DNA of 61,579 bases, from assembly GCA_044892505.1 (NCBI GenBank), contig CM097883.1, forward strand, positions 404,738,422 through 404,800,000, in the 5' to 3' direction. A program made the position numbers and the translations under genes. Shown one piece after another: positions 25,326 through 37,300 of the stretch. Source of the stretch: Schmidtea nova (Eukaryota). The notes beneath the pieces were generated by a model. That model had not been told where the DNA came from. It made no database searches and saw only the letters and a program-made list of their open reading frames with translations. Within the stretch, counting starts at the first letter, position 1, and every line of letters begins with the position of its first letter.

Positions 25326-25412
<87 letters not shown>
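25165..25412. repeat. (ATT)n and (AT)n microsatellites
   Basis: Direct reading; further (AT)n at 18116-18138, 58500-58548 and about 61350-61365. Confidence 0.95.
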
Positions 25413-25416
<4 letters not shown>

Positions 25417-26049
25417 TATAACCAGAGTTGTTTGAATCATGTAAACGGCACACTTTAGAATTAACTAAAAAGTAAGAAAATTCGAAAAGCAATGCAATTC
25501 AAGATTTAATTCGAGCAACAGAAGAAAAACGCAGAACCAATATATTTTCTTTCAAATAAAATTTTTTTGCTATCGATTATTATTTGTTCAGTCACAATAA
25601 ACGACTTGTTGCGTCTGTGGATGAATCTGATTGACCATTTTAAGTTCGTGAGCTCCTGAACTGATAATAGGATCGTGAATATATTGAATATTCGTTAGGC
25701 TAGGTTGTGTTATTAATTGTTGCTGGGATGTAGAATATGAAACGGAACCAAGAGGCAACGAAACTATGAATTGAGTAATTGTTAAGGATAAACTATACCC
25801 TATTGAAATTGTTTGTGAAGGCATAACATTGTCGTTTCAGGAGATTTAAATAATTTCAAATATATAAACCCACCATCTCGTAAATTAACCCGTCTAAAAG
25901 CTAAAAATAAATTCTTGCAAAATACTACATCCATACCATTCAATAACACCATCCATACCTAATACCATACAAATATTCATTCGATTACCAACACACACGC
26001 TTTATCATTTCATTCAATAACATCCATCAGCATCACACATATAGAAAAT

Positions 26050-26200
26050 CTCCACAAGCACTCACAGAATCACATCCGTTATTTAAATTGCCTATTGCAT
26101 TAATATCATCTCCTACATAAGATCACCTACAATAACATACAATAACCTACATTCACATACAGTTATCACAATGAAAACTCATAATAACATCATAAAAGTA
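26050..26200 (+). repeat. Dispersed C/A-rich repeat
   Basis: aatctccacaagcactcacagaatcac...gcctattgcatta similar to 50298-50460. Confidence 0.6.
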
Positions 26201-26309
26201 TATGAACGTACCAATTTACTATTATTACACCTTACATATTTATTTATCACATGGGGAACTTAGAAATCAAAAGAAAAGACAAATTAATAATGTCCCAAAA
26301 ATTTATTAA

Positions 26310-26614
26310 TCAAAATTGACGGCCTTCATCGACAAATTTTAGGTGTATACGAGCGGTAACTGCGGCCGGTTTGGTGGGAGTATAGACACCTCCAACAATG
26401 ATTTTCTTGCAGCCCTTGTAATGCCAGATACCGACACATACTGACTTCAAGGCTTTCTAAAATTGATTAGATAAATAATAATTATTAAATACAGAATTGA
26501 CAGTCGCGTTTTGCATGTGATTGAATTCCAATCTTTTGGATATTTCTTTTTTCAGTAGAAGATCCGTATATGTTGTCGTATTTGCCGACAACGCCAAACT
26601 GTTGTTCGTCTAGT
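26310..26614 (-). pseudogene. RPL37A: 60S ribosomal protein L37a (eL43) unprocessed pseudogene
   Basis: Minus strand: GVVGKY..YGSS, then after a frameshift KRNIQKIGIQSHAKRDCQFC, an intron-like AT tract ending ttttag, then KALKSVCVGIWHYKGCKKIIVGGVYT; matches eL43 VGIVGKYGTRYGASLRK...HAKYTCSFC...VGIWHC. Confidence 0.8.
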
Positions 26615-27316
26615 CTTTAAAAAATGGTTATTAAGTAAAATTATTCATTATACTTTGCTTCCCTTTGATATATTATTTGAATTTTGTTTTTCTTAAATAT
26701 TTATAATAGCAAATTTAAACAATCAATTTATTATTTAACAATAAAATTACTATTTATAAAATGAAAATTAAAGTTTTTTTAAATTTTAAGTGCAGATTAA
26801 AAATTATTTTTAAAAAAATGTCCGTTACTCGCCTTCACGCTGACAATGTTGTCGTCTCATTAGAATTGATGAACCAATGAAAATCGATAGAATTATTTGG
26901 ATCAATGACCAAATATGTGAATAATTATTGATTTAATTAAAGTGAAACTTATTAAATTCGAAAACTATTACGAATAATTTATTCAGGTAGAACTCTAATC
27001 TCGGATGCCTGAAGTTTTCAAGTGAAGTGTCCCGAAAAACTCGCGCGCACTTTCCTTGAGAAATTCACGTTCAACCGAGATTGGATGAAACCCTAAATTT
27101 GAAACTTCTATAAACCTTAGAAATTTCAGTCAAGTAGAGTCGAATTCCGATGGAAAACTTACTGTTTAGGAATTTTGTTATAAATTATATGTAATTCTGA
27201 TTTAAATAATTTATTTATGATTTATTTAGTTTATAATACATAATAATTATTTTTATTTTTTTACTTATAAAATTTGCTTTATAATATATAATGATTATTT
27301 TCCTTTCTATCTAGAG

Positions 27317-28622
27317 CATGCTTGTCCAACCCGCGGGCCACATGCGGCCAAGACTGCTATGAATGCGGCCCAACGACAAATCGTAAATATCCACAAATTA
27401 TGAGTGATTTCGGCTGCAAATACCATTAATAACACTAAAAATAAAACTTCAACTTAATGAAGCTATTAATTTATAATAATTCATAAATTTATTCTCAAAC
27501 AATCTCTAATCATTCTGTTAGTGCTATTGCGATTAATCTTCAATGTGCTCTTGTACCAGTGTTGCACTTGTACCACGGGATTTTAAAGTCTAAAGCACTC
27601 GGTAACTCGCTTTTTTGATAGCTGGCAAACAGGCAGTGCTACCGTTTCAGTACAATTGTACTGAATCCAGTACCTTTTTATGAGATTCAGTACGTGAGTA
27701 CAACATTTTGAAATATGTGCATTTTTCAGTACATTTTTGTACTTCTGAAATTTTTATAAATAAAATTTAAAAATTTTTTTAGCAATCTTATAACCTTATT
27801 TAGAGTCTAAATTCAAAAAAATGATTTCGTTGTATCAAATTCTAAAATTTATTAAAATGCTTTCAAATTTAATGTTTATTGGCATTACCAACTTTAACAA
27901 CAAATATAAATTAATATCACGAGAGGTATTTATTTGCATTTTTAAAATATTTATCAATCTTTTTAATTTCAGCATGTCTTCCACAGCGCCACAAAAAGAA
28001 ACCGAAAGAAAAAGAAAGAGAAAAATTATGGAAGAAAGAAGGTTGTTCAACGAAAAGTGGACAGATGACTAGTTTTTTGATGAGGCAAATACTAAGGCAA
28101 TGTCGGGAAATTTTATCTGTTTTCAAAGACTACAATTTGAAGAGGCATTATACGCAAAAAAATGCTAGTAAATTTAATCCATATCAAGGAATGTGTCGTA
28201 AAGACAAAATAGAAGAATTGAAAAAAAGTCTATCATCTCAACAGTTTTAAAAAAAATCAACTCAAAAGGATTCTACGGTAAAAGCTAGTTATGTGGTTTC
28301 AAATTTGATGATGGTGAGTTTTTTAAGCCATGCATGAAAAGCGTTGCAGATATAATTTGCCCTGATAAAAAAGAAGAATTTTCTAAAATCAGTTTGTCTC
28401 ACCAGACAATAGCCAGGCGAATTGAAGAAATCGGAAAATCTGTCGAAGCAGGTTTGGAGAGTAGAGCAGCTAATTTTAAATTTTATGCTTTGGCGAAAGA
28501 CGAAAATACTGATGCTACTGACACAGCTCAATTGGCAATTTCTATTGAAGGTATTGATGAAGAATATAACGTCACGGAAGAAATGGCTTCTTTAGTGCCT
28601 TTAAAAGGCACGACTAAATCGA
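27317..28622 (+). mobile_element. 3'-truncated hAT (Charlie/SPIN-like, GTF2IRD2-type) transposon with broken transposase
   Basis: Left TIR CATGCTTGTCCAACC preceded by ATCTAGAG (Charlie-type NTCTAGAN target); 27973-28622 encodes RKRKI.EERRLFNEKW, KDYNLKRHY (BED finger), ISLSHQTIARRIEE, ALAKDENTDATDTAQLAI with stops/frameshifts; no right TIR seen. Confidence 0.9.
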
Positions 28623-29029
28623 GATTTGTATTTAAATTTTAAATAATTTCTTTCTAACATAGACTAATTTAAATAAAATAAATTTTATGCACACGAACAC
28701 ACCATAAGCACAATTAGCGCACTGCTGACTTCTAAAGGTAGTCTGAAGAAGTCATATAAACACGGAACAGAGAGAAACGTTTTGCGCTAATCTTCTTGCA
28801 CACAAATAAAACATTCACCTATATAACATATAACAAGAACGCAACACGCACCGTTTTGGTATCATAAAAAAAACTTTGTACTGATTGCGTTCTGTTATCT
28901 GTCTTAAACACACACAAGGGAGGCACGCTTGTTATGGAAACTCCTAATGAAAACCGCCGATTGGCACCAGTTGCTCGCAAACGTTGGTACTATACAAAGT
29001 GGTTGAATATTCCTTTGAGAATTACATGA

Positions 29030-29290
29030 AATCCTCGCGCTTGGGACATTTGTCGAACAGACAGCACGAGTAGTGGGGCATTTATAACATCTATGAGTGT
29101 CTATTCCAAGGTGTAATTAGCTGGTAACTGATTGCCCTATGAATGCTTGATCGGATTTGCATAATGTGATTAACTTGTGATAGTTAAATTCTACAAGCTT
29201 AAACTTTCTGATAGAACTATGCGTAGCGATCCTTATATAGTTGCTGTATACGCGTGGCTACCGTAGGCTGAGTTGGTTTTACCCTACTAA
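29030..29290 (+). rRNA. Possible heavily decayed 28S rRNA fragment (not a functional gene)
   Basis: Scattered colinear matches to conserved LSU stretches: cgcgcttgggacatt, gcttgatc, cgatcctt, ggttttaccctacta; spacing only partly conserved. Confidence 0.35.
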
Positions 29291-30210
29291 TTTTGTAGAT
29301 TTATTTTCTAGTGACCTGCTTAAAAGGTTTTATTTATAGCAGGTAATCCTTAAACTTTTCGCTTTCTTCTAATTTTCCTTATTTTATTAGATTTTCATAA
29401 TGAATTCTTAACCGCCATTTTTAAATTTTGTAAATAAAAATTATTAGGCAAAAACAGAACTTTTGAAAACTTGTTTAAATGAAGCGGAAACATTTACTGT
29501 TGCACCCTAAAAATAAATAAAATCCGAAAAAAAATGGCACAAAACATAACACAAGGTCATAAATTAATTTAATAAAACAAAAATATTGATAAATTTATAA
29601 AGTAAAAGTAAAATAATAAAAATTAATTTAATAAAAATAATTAAACTTAAAATACAAAAAATCGATTAAATCAGATTTTTGCAATAAAGAAAAAAAATTT
29701 CAATTCAAAAATAATATTTCATATTTAGAGCGTAAAATGAATAATTGAATAAATGTTTGTTTTAATGAGCCGCAAATCATATAAATTGTATAACGCGTCA
29801 TAAGCCGGTACATTTTGGCAGGAAGCTTTTATATTTTATGTTTATCCGGCCAACGGCAGCATGATTCTGCTGAAGTGTTTGCCGCATAAATTATTATCAA
29901 ACTGATTTATATATTCTATTATTTCTGTACATTCCCGCTGGCACTGCCCCGCTGGTCGCGATGGCCCCAATGTGATCAGCAGCCCCCCCATAAATTATGC
30001 GTAACATCTGTGCCAATGAATTGCTATAATTATAACCAAGCGCAAAATAATTATTTATCATTCAAACGTTTGGAAAAGCAACGCAAAATCTCATCACAAA
30101 TTAGCCAACAATTCAGCAGATCTCAAGCAGATTTTAATCAGATTTGCACGCGTGATAATGGGATCAATATTTATTGGGATATTTATTCACGTTTATCACA
30201 ATTTCAGCTA

Positions 30211-31190
30211 TCAATTGATTTCATTCGGGGCCACTTTGCATTTGAGGTGGACTTTATCATTGCTGACGCCAGGGGAATTCTTGGGGATTTTATTATAACC
30301 ATAATCATAAACCCAAATTGGATTATTCATGTCATGTGACGGCTTCCCCCATCCGGCATCACCAGGGCGATCTGAATATTTTACTGTTGCATGGTGACAA
30401 ATATTTCCATCTGCCGGATTGACCGCATCAATTGTGACGGCACATTTGAATGGCCATGCCAATTTATCATCGGATTCGCCACGCATCAAATGGAAACCAA
30501 CAGCAATATCACCATTATAACCATGATCATTAATAATAACTATCAAGGACATTTTATATCCGGATGACCCCGAATAAAATGGCTTGCTGTAGATCCATTT
30601 CCCTCTCCTCTGCTGTGATAAATTATCAATCCGCCATTCTAGAAATCCGAAATTTAAACCATCTTGAATTTCCAATTTTGTTTCAATCAGCCGAATTTCA
30701 TTGGCGCATTTCTCCATTTGCAGCTGAAATTGAATGCCAAATTCAAACATTTCAATAAATCAATTTCACCTTTCTATTCACTTCTTCCTGCTGTCGCTGC
30801 TGCTCATACTTTTGATTTAATTCATCCATTTTCTCCTTCAATAGCCTTATTTCTGCCGCCTGGTTCTTCTCTTTTCTTTTCATTTCTTCCATTTTCTGTT
30901 GCAATTTCTAATAATAATAATATCAATCAAATATTTCAATAAATCAATTTCACCTTTCTATCCACTTTTTCCTGCTGCCGCTCCTGCTCATACTTTTGTT
31001 TTAATTCATCCATTTGCTGTTGATGTTTTGTTTCAATCGCCTGAATCTGCTGCCGCACCTGGATTGCATTTACACATAATCAATAGCGATAATCAATAAT
31101 CACATCAGCAGGCAGATAGTGGCCACTAAACCCCCGGTATAAATGGAACGCAGCGCAATTGAACCATTTCAACCAATTTCTCAGCGCCAT
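30211..31190 (-). CDS. RING-less TRAF-like protein, 280 aa (29-aa leader, coiled coil, MATH), 4 exons
   Basis: Exons 31190-31104, 31058-30954, 30907-30770, 30723-30211; phase-0 GT-AG introns of 45, 46 and 46 nt; in-frame stop immediately before the ATG. MATH: LEWRID, YSKPFYSGSSGYKM, HLMRGESDDKLAWPFKCAVTIDAVN. Confidence 0.88.
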
Positions 31191-32329
31191 TTATTTGCAT
31201 TCCCCCTACTTATTTGTATTTTCACCCGCAAATATTCCCCTATGATAATTATAATTTGTAATTAATTGCAAAATGCCCCCAAATTAATATTGTTATTCAC
31301 CAGTTAATTGATAATTATGAAACAACTGAAACTGTTATCAATCAAGCGCACCAATTAATTAATAATATCCCCCTATTGAAGCATCCCAATGAGTAATTCT
31401 GCCCCTCCTCAATATATTTCACCATCAATTCAATTATTAATTAGAACAATTGTGAACATTTACAAACGGAATACACAGATAATCTATTCAACTTGGAATG
31501 GTCCATGGAATTATGAAAATTATTTTGATTTTTAGTTAATAATTTTGGTTTATTTACAAAATTGATGAAAGGCTGTTGTTATTATTAAAGTCATTAATTA
31601 CGCCAAATCTGGAAGGAAGCCATTCGTGTGGAAGTGCCAAATATCAGCTGCGTGCGACATATTACTAACTGCACATTCATTCATCAGTTTTATTTCTTTT
31701 TACTTGGACCCCTTTCACAATACGTCAGTCGCTTCTGGTGCAATTGATTCTCGTGATACATGTAAATAATTTCCCCTATTGAAGCATTCCCAATGAGTAA
31801 TTCCCCCCCTCCTCAATATATTTCACTATCCAATGATAATTATCGCTCTGCGATGAATATTTATCAAAATCTCCAGCTGAATTTACAATTTCCATAAATA
31901 TCAAAATTATGTTGATGAAATAAATTAGAAAATTTTAATAATTTCAGTTGGGAATAAATCTAATTTGAATGTAAATTTATCAAGTTTACGGATGATGTTG
32001 TTGGTTAATACAATAAATGGCAGGACCAAATGGTTACCTATAATCCCAATAAAGCTTAGTAAGACGCTCAACTACGCTTTACGTAACATTGTTGGTTTTC
32101 ACCCACCAACACCAACAAAACTTCCCCGATAACCGCAACAACAGAAACAGCATTTATAGTGTAAATATTGATTTTGAATTCCATTTATTTAGCCTTGCAT
32201 ATATTATTGTTATCAGTGCAAATGGAAACAAATTACAAAATGGCCGCGGGAGAATTATTATCATTTAATTAAAGTGCCACAGCGAGCTGCAGTAGAATTG
32301 TAGGGCAACACGTGATTGATAATATAAAT

Positions 32330-32595
32330 ATTTAGGCATAATTACGGGAGGCAGCAGGATATGCTGTAGCAAAAATATAAATATTTACACAGCAAATCAT
32401 ATAATTATTTACATCAGCCTTGGCCACATTCACTATATAAACCGCGTTCACAATCAAATATGCAGCCCAAATATATGCGACGTGCCGCCAGTAAATCGCG
32501 AACAGATAATAAAACGCGACAGACAGCTGCAGACCGCCGTAAACGCGCCGCAATATAACACGCATCAAATATTCACGCAAATCTGTCATTATCAA
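32330..32595 (-). CDS. Possible small hydrophobic (membrane) protein
   Basis: GC-richer ORF MTDLREYLMRVILRRVYGGLQLSVAFYYLFAIYWRHVAYIWAAYLIVNAVY; candidate 49-nt GT-AG intron after AKAD. No family recognised. Confidence 0.3.
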
Positions 32596-32726
32596 ACGGG
32601 TGAAGCGGATATTTTATTGTTTTGTTTGTTTAAATAAATGCTTTTACAATGATATTTTGTTTTAATGGTGAATATAAATTGATATTCATAAAATATCTGC
32701 CTTATTATTATAACAAATACACAAGC

Positions 32727-33553
32727 ATGGCCGACTGTATAAAATCTGATGACCTACCAACACTGATGATTCAACTCGCACTCTACGAAACATTAATTTT
32801 GCATCAATCAACTGATATTTTGGTGCTGCTCCAAACAAAATTTTGAATCTGATCTCTTTAGACGAATGTGAACATTGACCTCAATAATTCGCACATCATC
32901 GTTAAGATGGATGTTGCACATTTAAATTTAAATAATCTTACTGCAAAAATTAACATCTATTATTTCTGCTATGAAATCAGTTAAGATCCAATTTTGTAAA
33001 AAGGTTGAAATGATGAAAGAAGATGAATACCAGTCTTTTGTCATTTCAATTTCAGCCCGTGTATGGAATAATGATTTCATTGATGTTGACGAAAAAAATA
33101 ATCCAAATGAGCGAGAAGGGTTCAAATTGGAAATTAATTAAAATAGAATACATTAGCTTTGTAATAACGAAATACTCCGAAATAAGAAGATTAAGAAGCA
33201 AAAAATATCTTTCAACACCGAAATCTTTACTTAATAAGGATTGCATTATTAATGTCAATAACAACGACAATCTTTGCTTTCTTTATAGTGTGTTGGCTGT
33301 TAAAAATTTTAATGAAGTTAATGATGAAATTAGACATTTATCAACATCATATAACGTTTCATCACTTCACTTTGATATAAACGACATGCCAGTGAAGTTA
33401 AGTAACATTAGCAGATAAAATTATTATCATTATGAACCAGAATTATTTCCAGCTTTGAAATATACAAAATATAATCCAATGTGTGTCAATATTTTTGCAA
33501 GTGGTAAAATAGTCATATTAGGATTAAAAAACAAAGACTATACAAATAGTTGA
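32727..33553 (+). mobile_element. Polinton/Maverick (adintovirus-like) relic: pPolB N-terminal region plus TBP-like fragment
   Basis: KGSNWKLIKIEYI...KYLSTPKSLLNKDCIINVNNNDNLCFLYSVLA...MPVKLSNI resembles the GSGW...YIxLPxxLxxKxAIINxxNxDxxCF motif upstream of Polinton pPolB; followed by YEPELFPALKYTKYNPMCVNIFASGKIVILGLK (TBP second-repeat-like). Confidence 0.75.
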
Positions 33554-33876
33554 TAATATCAATTATAGAAGATAAAGCCTTTGTTGATTTCATACTAACA
33601 TGTGACTCATGACTGCAATATTGATGCAATGAAAATGCACGATTCTGATTGGTCGAGTGTGTATCGATAGAATAAAGACATGTTGTGCATGCTTGATTCT
33701 CATTGGTTCATAGTGTTTCATTTCGTACATGTGTGTTTCTATCGTATATATACCAAGAACACTATCATTATTTAGAATTTTAAAAAATGTGCTTAAAGGA
33801 GACAATGATTAAAAGTGGTAAGGATTTTAATTAATCTTTTTCAATTTTAATATATATTATATTTTCAGGAAAACTG

Positions 33877-34386
33877 ATGAGCGTCGTTTTAGCAAAGTTG
33901 GAAGAAATGTTCCCGAAACTAATGCCAGCCCTGGCATATACGGCACCAGAAATTTTTCCGTACAAGATCCAGCTGATGACCGGAATAGACGTGAATCAAA
34001 TCGTCTTGGACCATCTGGCAAATATCCACATCGATTTGCCCCACGTATCCGAGCATATCCTCTGCGCATATCAATGCCGAAATTGCGTTGAGAGGATCAG
34101 AAGATTCTTACGAAACACCCTAAAAGAATTCGATTCACAACTCGAAAAAGTTGAGGAGGAAGATGAGGATATGAAGGAATCGTGGCCCAATTCAACACCC
34201 GAGCCTATAGTTGATTCGACAACTTCAGAAAAATCAATGATTGTATGCGATGAATCTCCCGAATCGCCAGATTGTGACGAATGTCACAGAGTTGCTGATG
34301 ATCATCATCAAGAAAATCAATGGCATTTTACATGTTTTTTTATTATTTGTAAACAGTCATTTTTATTTAGTTTCATGTCATTTTAG
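33877..34386 (+). CDS. Intact 169-aa ORF, likely virus/Polinton-derived, with HxxC/CxxC and IxCxE motifs
   Basis: Intronless, GC-richer; HILCAYQCRNC; acidic tract EEEDED; IVCDESPESPD. Confidence 0.55.
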   Translation: MSVVLAKLEEMFPKLMPALAYTAPEIFPYKIQLMTGIDVNQIVLDHLANIHIDLPHVSEHILCAYQCRNCVERIRRFLRNTLKEFDSQLEKVEEEDEDMKESWPNSTPEPIVDSTTSEKSMIVCDESPESPDCDECHRVADDHHQENQWHFTCFFIICKQSFLFSFMSF

Positions 34387-37300
34387 GTTTTTCATTTTAA
34401 TAAATGTATTAGATTTTTTATTTGTTTTTATTTGAATTTAATTTAAGTAATTATTTTCACTTTAAGTATTAAAATTTTTATTTATTAAGTTTAAAAATAT
34501 TACTTTTAATAAATAAATTATTCTTTGCACATGGATTGCAATGTCTTTGTTTCGTTGCAACATTTGTTTCGTTGGACATTTCAGATATCCTGTCTTGTAG
34601 ATCAATGTCTACCCAATTAATTAATAAAATGTACTTTTATTTTATTTAAATTTCCGTTTTTTATTTAATCGATTTTTTTAATTGTTCTCTTAAAAAAATA
34701 ATTCAGAAAGAACTAAATTTGGAGATCAAGCTGCTCTGGGTTAATGCAAGAAATTAATCCTTCCGTTTACTCGGTATTACTGCCTGTCTCCTTATTAATT
34801 TTTGGATTAATTGTCGATATATTTTGTGACTTACAAATTATATTTTATTAATTATTTTTTTCAACCTTAGGTGAATTGCTCAGCTCAACAGTATTTCCAT
34901 CTATATTGAACATCCCTTATAATGAAATTCTATTAATGTAAAAATCAAAACCATTATTTATATGCTGAAATATATTATGTTAAAATACTATTTCACCAGT
35001 AAAAAAAGTTATAAAAAAAGTTATTATCTTTAGGGATATTTAAATTATATTTTGTTTGTTTTTATATATTTTTATAAACATTCTTTATAATTTACAATAT
35101 TTTATATATTGCCTAAATTCATAGTATATAAATAATTTCTTAATAAAAAAAATGAACAAAATCTTTTGACGTAAAGAAACTAATAATAAATATGAGGAAA
35201 TAAATATATTTATTATGGATTCGTACTCATGCAACTTCCCTTTACAAACCAGTCAAGTGTTAAAGGTTGCAATTGATTTTGCAAATGATTTTGCGTATAA
35301 AAGTATAATATCTTAAGAAGATTAAGTGATGAATCCACATAAGACACAATTGAACTATAGTGAAAAATATGTACGGAATTTTGACGAAACTGGGCTATTC
35401 TGGAAAGGTCTTCCACATCGCTCTCTAGTAAAGATAAAAGTTAAAGAAAAAGAAAGAGCCTTAAAACAAAAAGATTGATGATATCAAATGCAAATATAAT
35501 TCAAACAAAAACGCATAGCAAAAATGCTATTTTTTGTTCATATTTAAATTTCTGAAATGAACGATTTAAAGATGAAAAAAATTAATGTTCTAGCTGTTCT
35601 CGTTAATTTTTCAGGCCAAAGACAGACAATTTAAGCAATATTAAGTTTTTATTTTTATTGCCCAAAACAACATCGTTGCTGCATATTATAAAAGTAATTT
35701 TAGAATAAATTGGTATCTGATTACACTAAGACAATATAGTATTTTCCAAGCACTAGAAAATATTTCAATGTCATATTACAAAATAGCTTCTCTCACAATC
35801 ACAAACTGTTTTATGCGAAAGATCATTTTTAACTAGAAGATCTTTTAAAAATCATGTCATTGATTCATGTAAACGATGGAATTTCTATTGACGAATATAT
35901 TTATATATATATGCGATTCCCAGTAGAAAGTTAATTATTCGAATGTCCACATAATCTACCATTTATTTCAGTAACCGTAATTCCCTCCATCGTTTACTTG
36001 TGGTTGGTCAGTCTTTAAGCTCCAATAACCCTTTACTTAAGAGCGAAGAAAAGAATGAGGGTTTACCCAAAAAAGTAATATCAAAAAACTTTATTATAGT
36101 TCTAAAGTTATCTTGAGATAAAAAGAATCAGTTCTAATGCTGCTAAGTAGTAAAATTACAAAGTAAAAATACAACTGTTGGTTCAAAAAAGCAAGTTTGT
36201 TACAAGCACTAAAAGAGCAGTTAAAAGAAGAAGTACAAAAAATACAAGTTAAAAGGAAGAAGAAAGTTTTAAATCCTACAAGTGATTTTGAAAACACTAC
36301 CTAAGAAAGCAGCTGTGATAAGTCATCTAACGACTTCAGAACAGCAGAGGATTTAAATTTGGACCTGGAAATTGAGTCAGAAACAGAATGTTGACCAATA
36401 AAAAAACTCACTAAGGAAAGCTCATACCAAAGTAAAGTTTTTAAAGTTTTGTATGAACGTCTAATGGAACTGAATCTAGAATCTGTTAGAGGACTCTCTC
36501 AAGAACATTGTTTAAGTTCAGATCTCACAATATTTAGGAGAATTTGTAGAAGTTTTAAGTTTGACATTTTGGATGATAAAGAAAATGATCCCGCTTGTAT
36601 GGAGGATGTGTAACAGGTTTGTAATTTATAATAATTTACGTGATTTATAATTTTAGAACTCGGTTAGCGCTATTCTTGAAATGATATCATTGCTTAAACT
36701 TTTATATGTTTTCATGTTTTTGTATATTTGATATCTTTTACTGTTTTATCGATTTTGTGACTATAAAAAGTTCAATAGATTTTGACTTAAATCAGAGGAT
36801 AAAGACTGAGATATTTTACCGTGTATTGTTACTTTGATTGTAATGTGACAGAATAATCAGGGAATTGAAACAAGCTAATTAAATAGTCTTTCTTTAATTA
36901 GGTTTATAATTTAGTTTTTATTATATCGCGGCTTTGTGTCTAGGAGCTAAACATTAACTTATAACAATTAACAATAACAATTAACTTATTTCTTTTATTA
37001 CAAACTAATATAATAATATAATATTAATAATATAATATTACAATTTAATATAATAATACAATTTAAAAATAATAAATAATAACATTTATTATTTTTAATA
37101 TTTTTAATAATTATTATTAAGATAAGAAAAGATGAAGTGCAATAATTAAAATACACACTTGTCAAGGGTCATCCATACCACCCACATTGTTTGGGCTAAT
37201 AGTACCTAGGAATCAATAGTTCGCTATCTATAGAGATCATGCCTTAAATGTGCCTAAATTTAATATTTATTTTGCTGTTATCTGGAAACTTACTTGTCCA

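Noticed and set aside
25588-25824. Q/S-rich 78-aa ORF
   Set aside because: Low complexity, no motif and no linked exons.
36130-36620. Broken plus-strand coding-like tract
   Set aside because: Probably a transposon relic, but no family motif could be identified.
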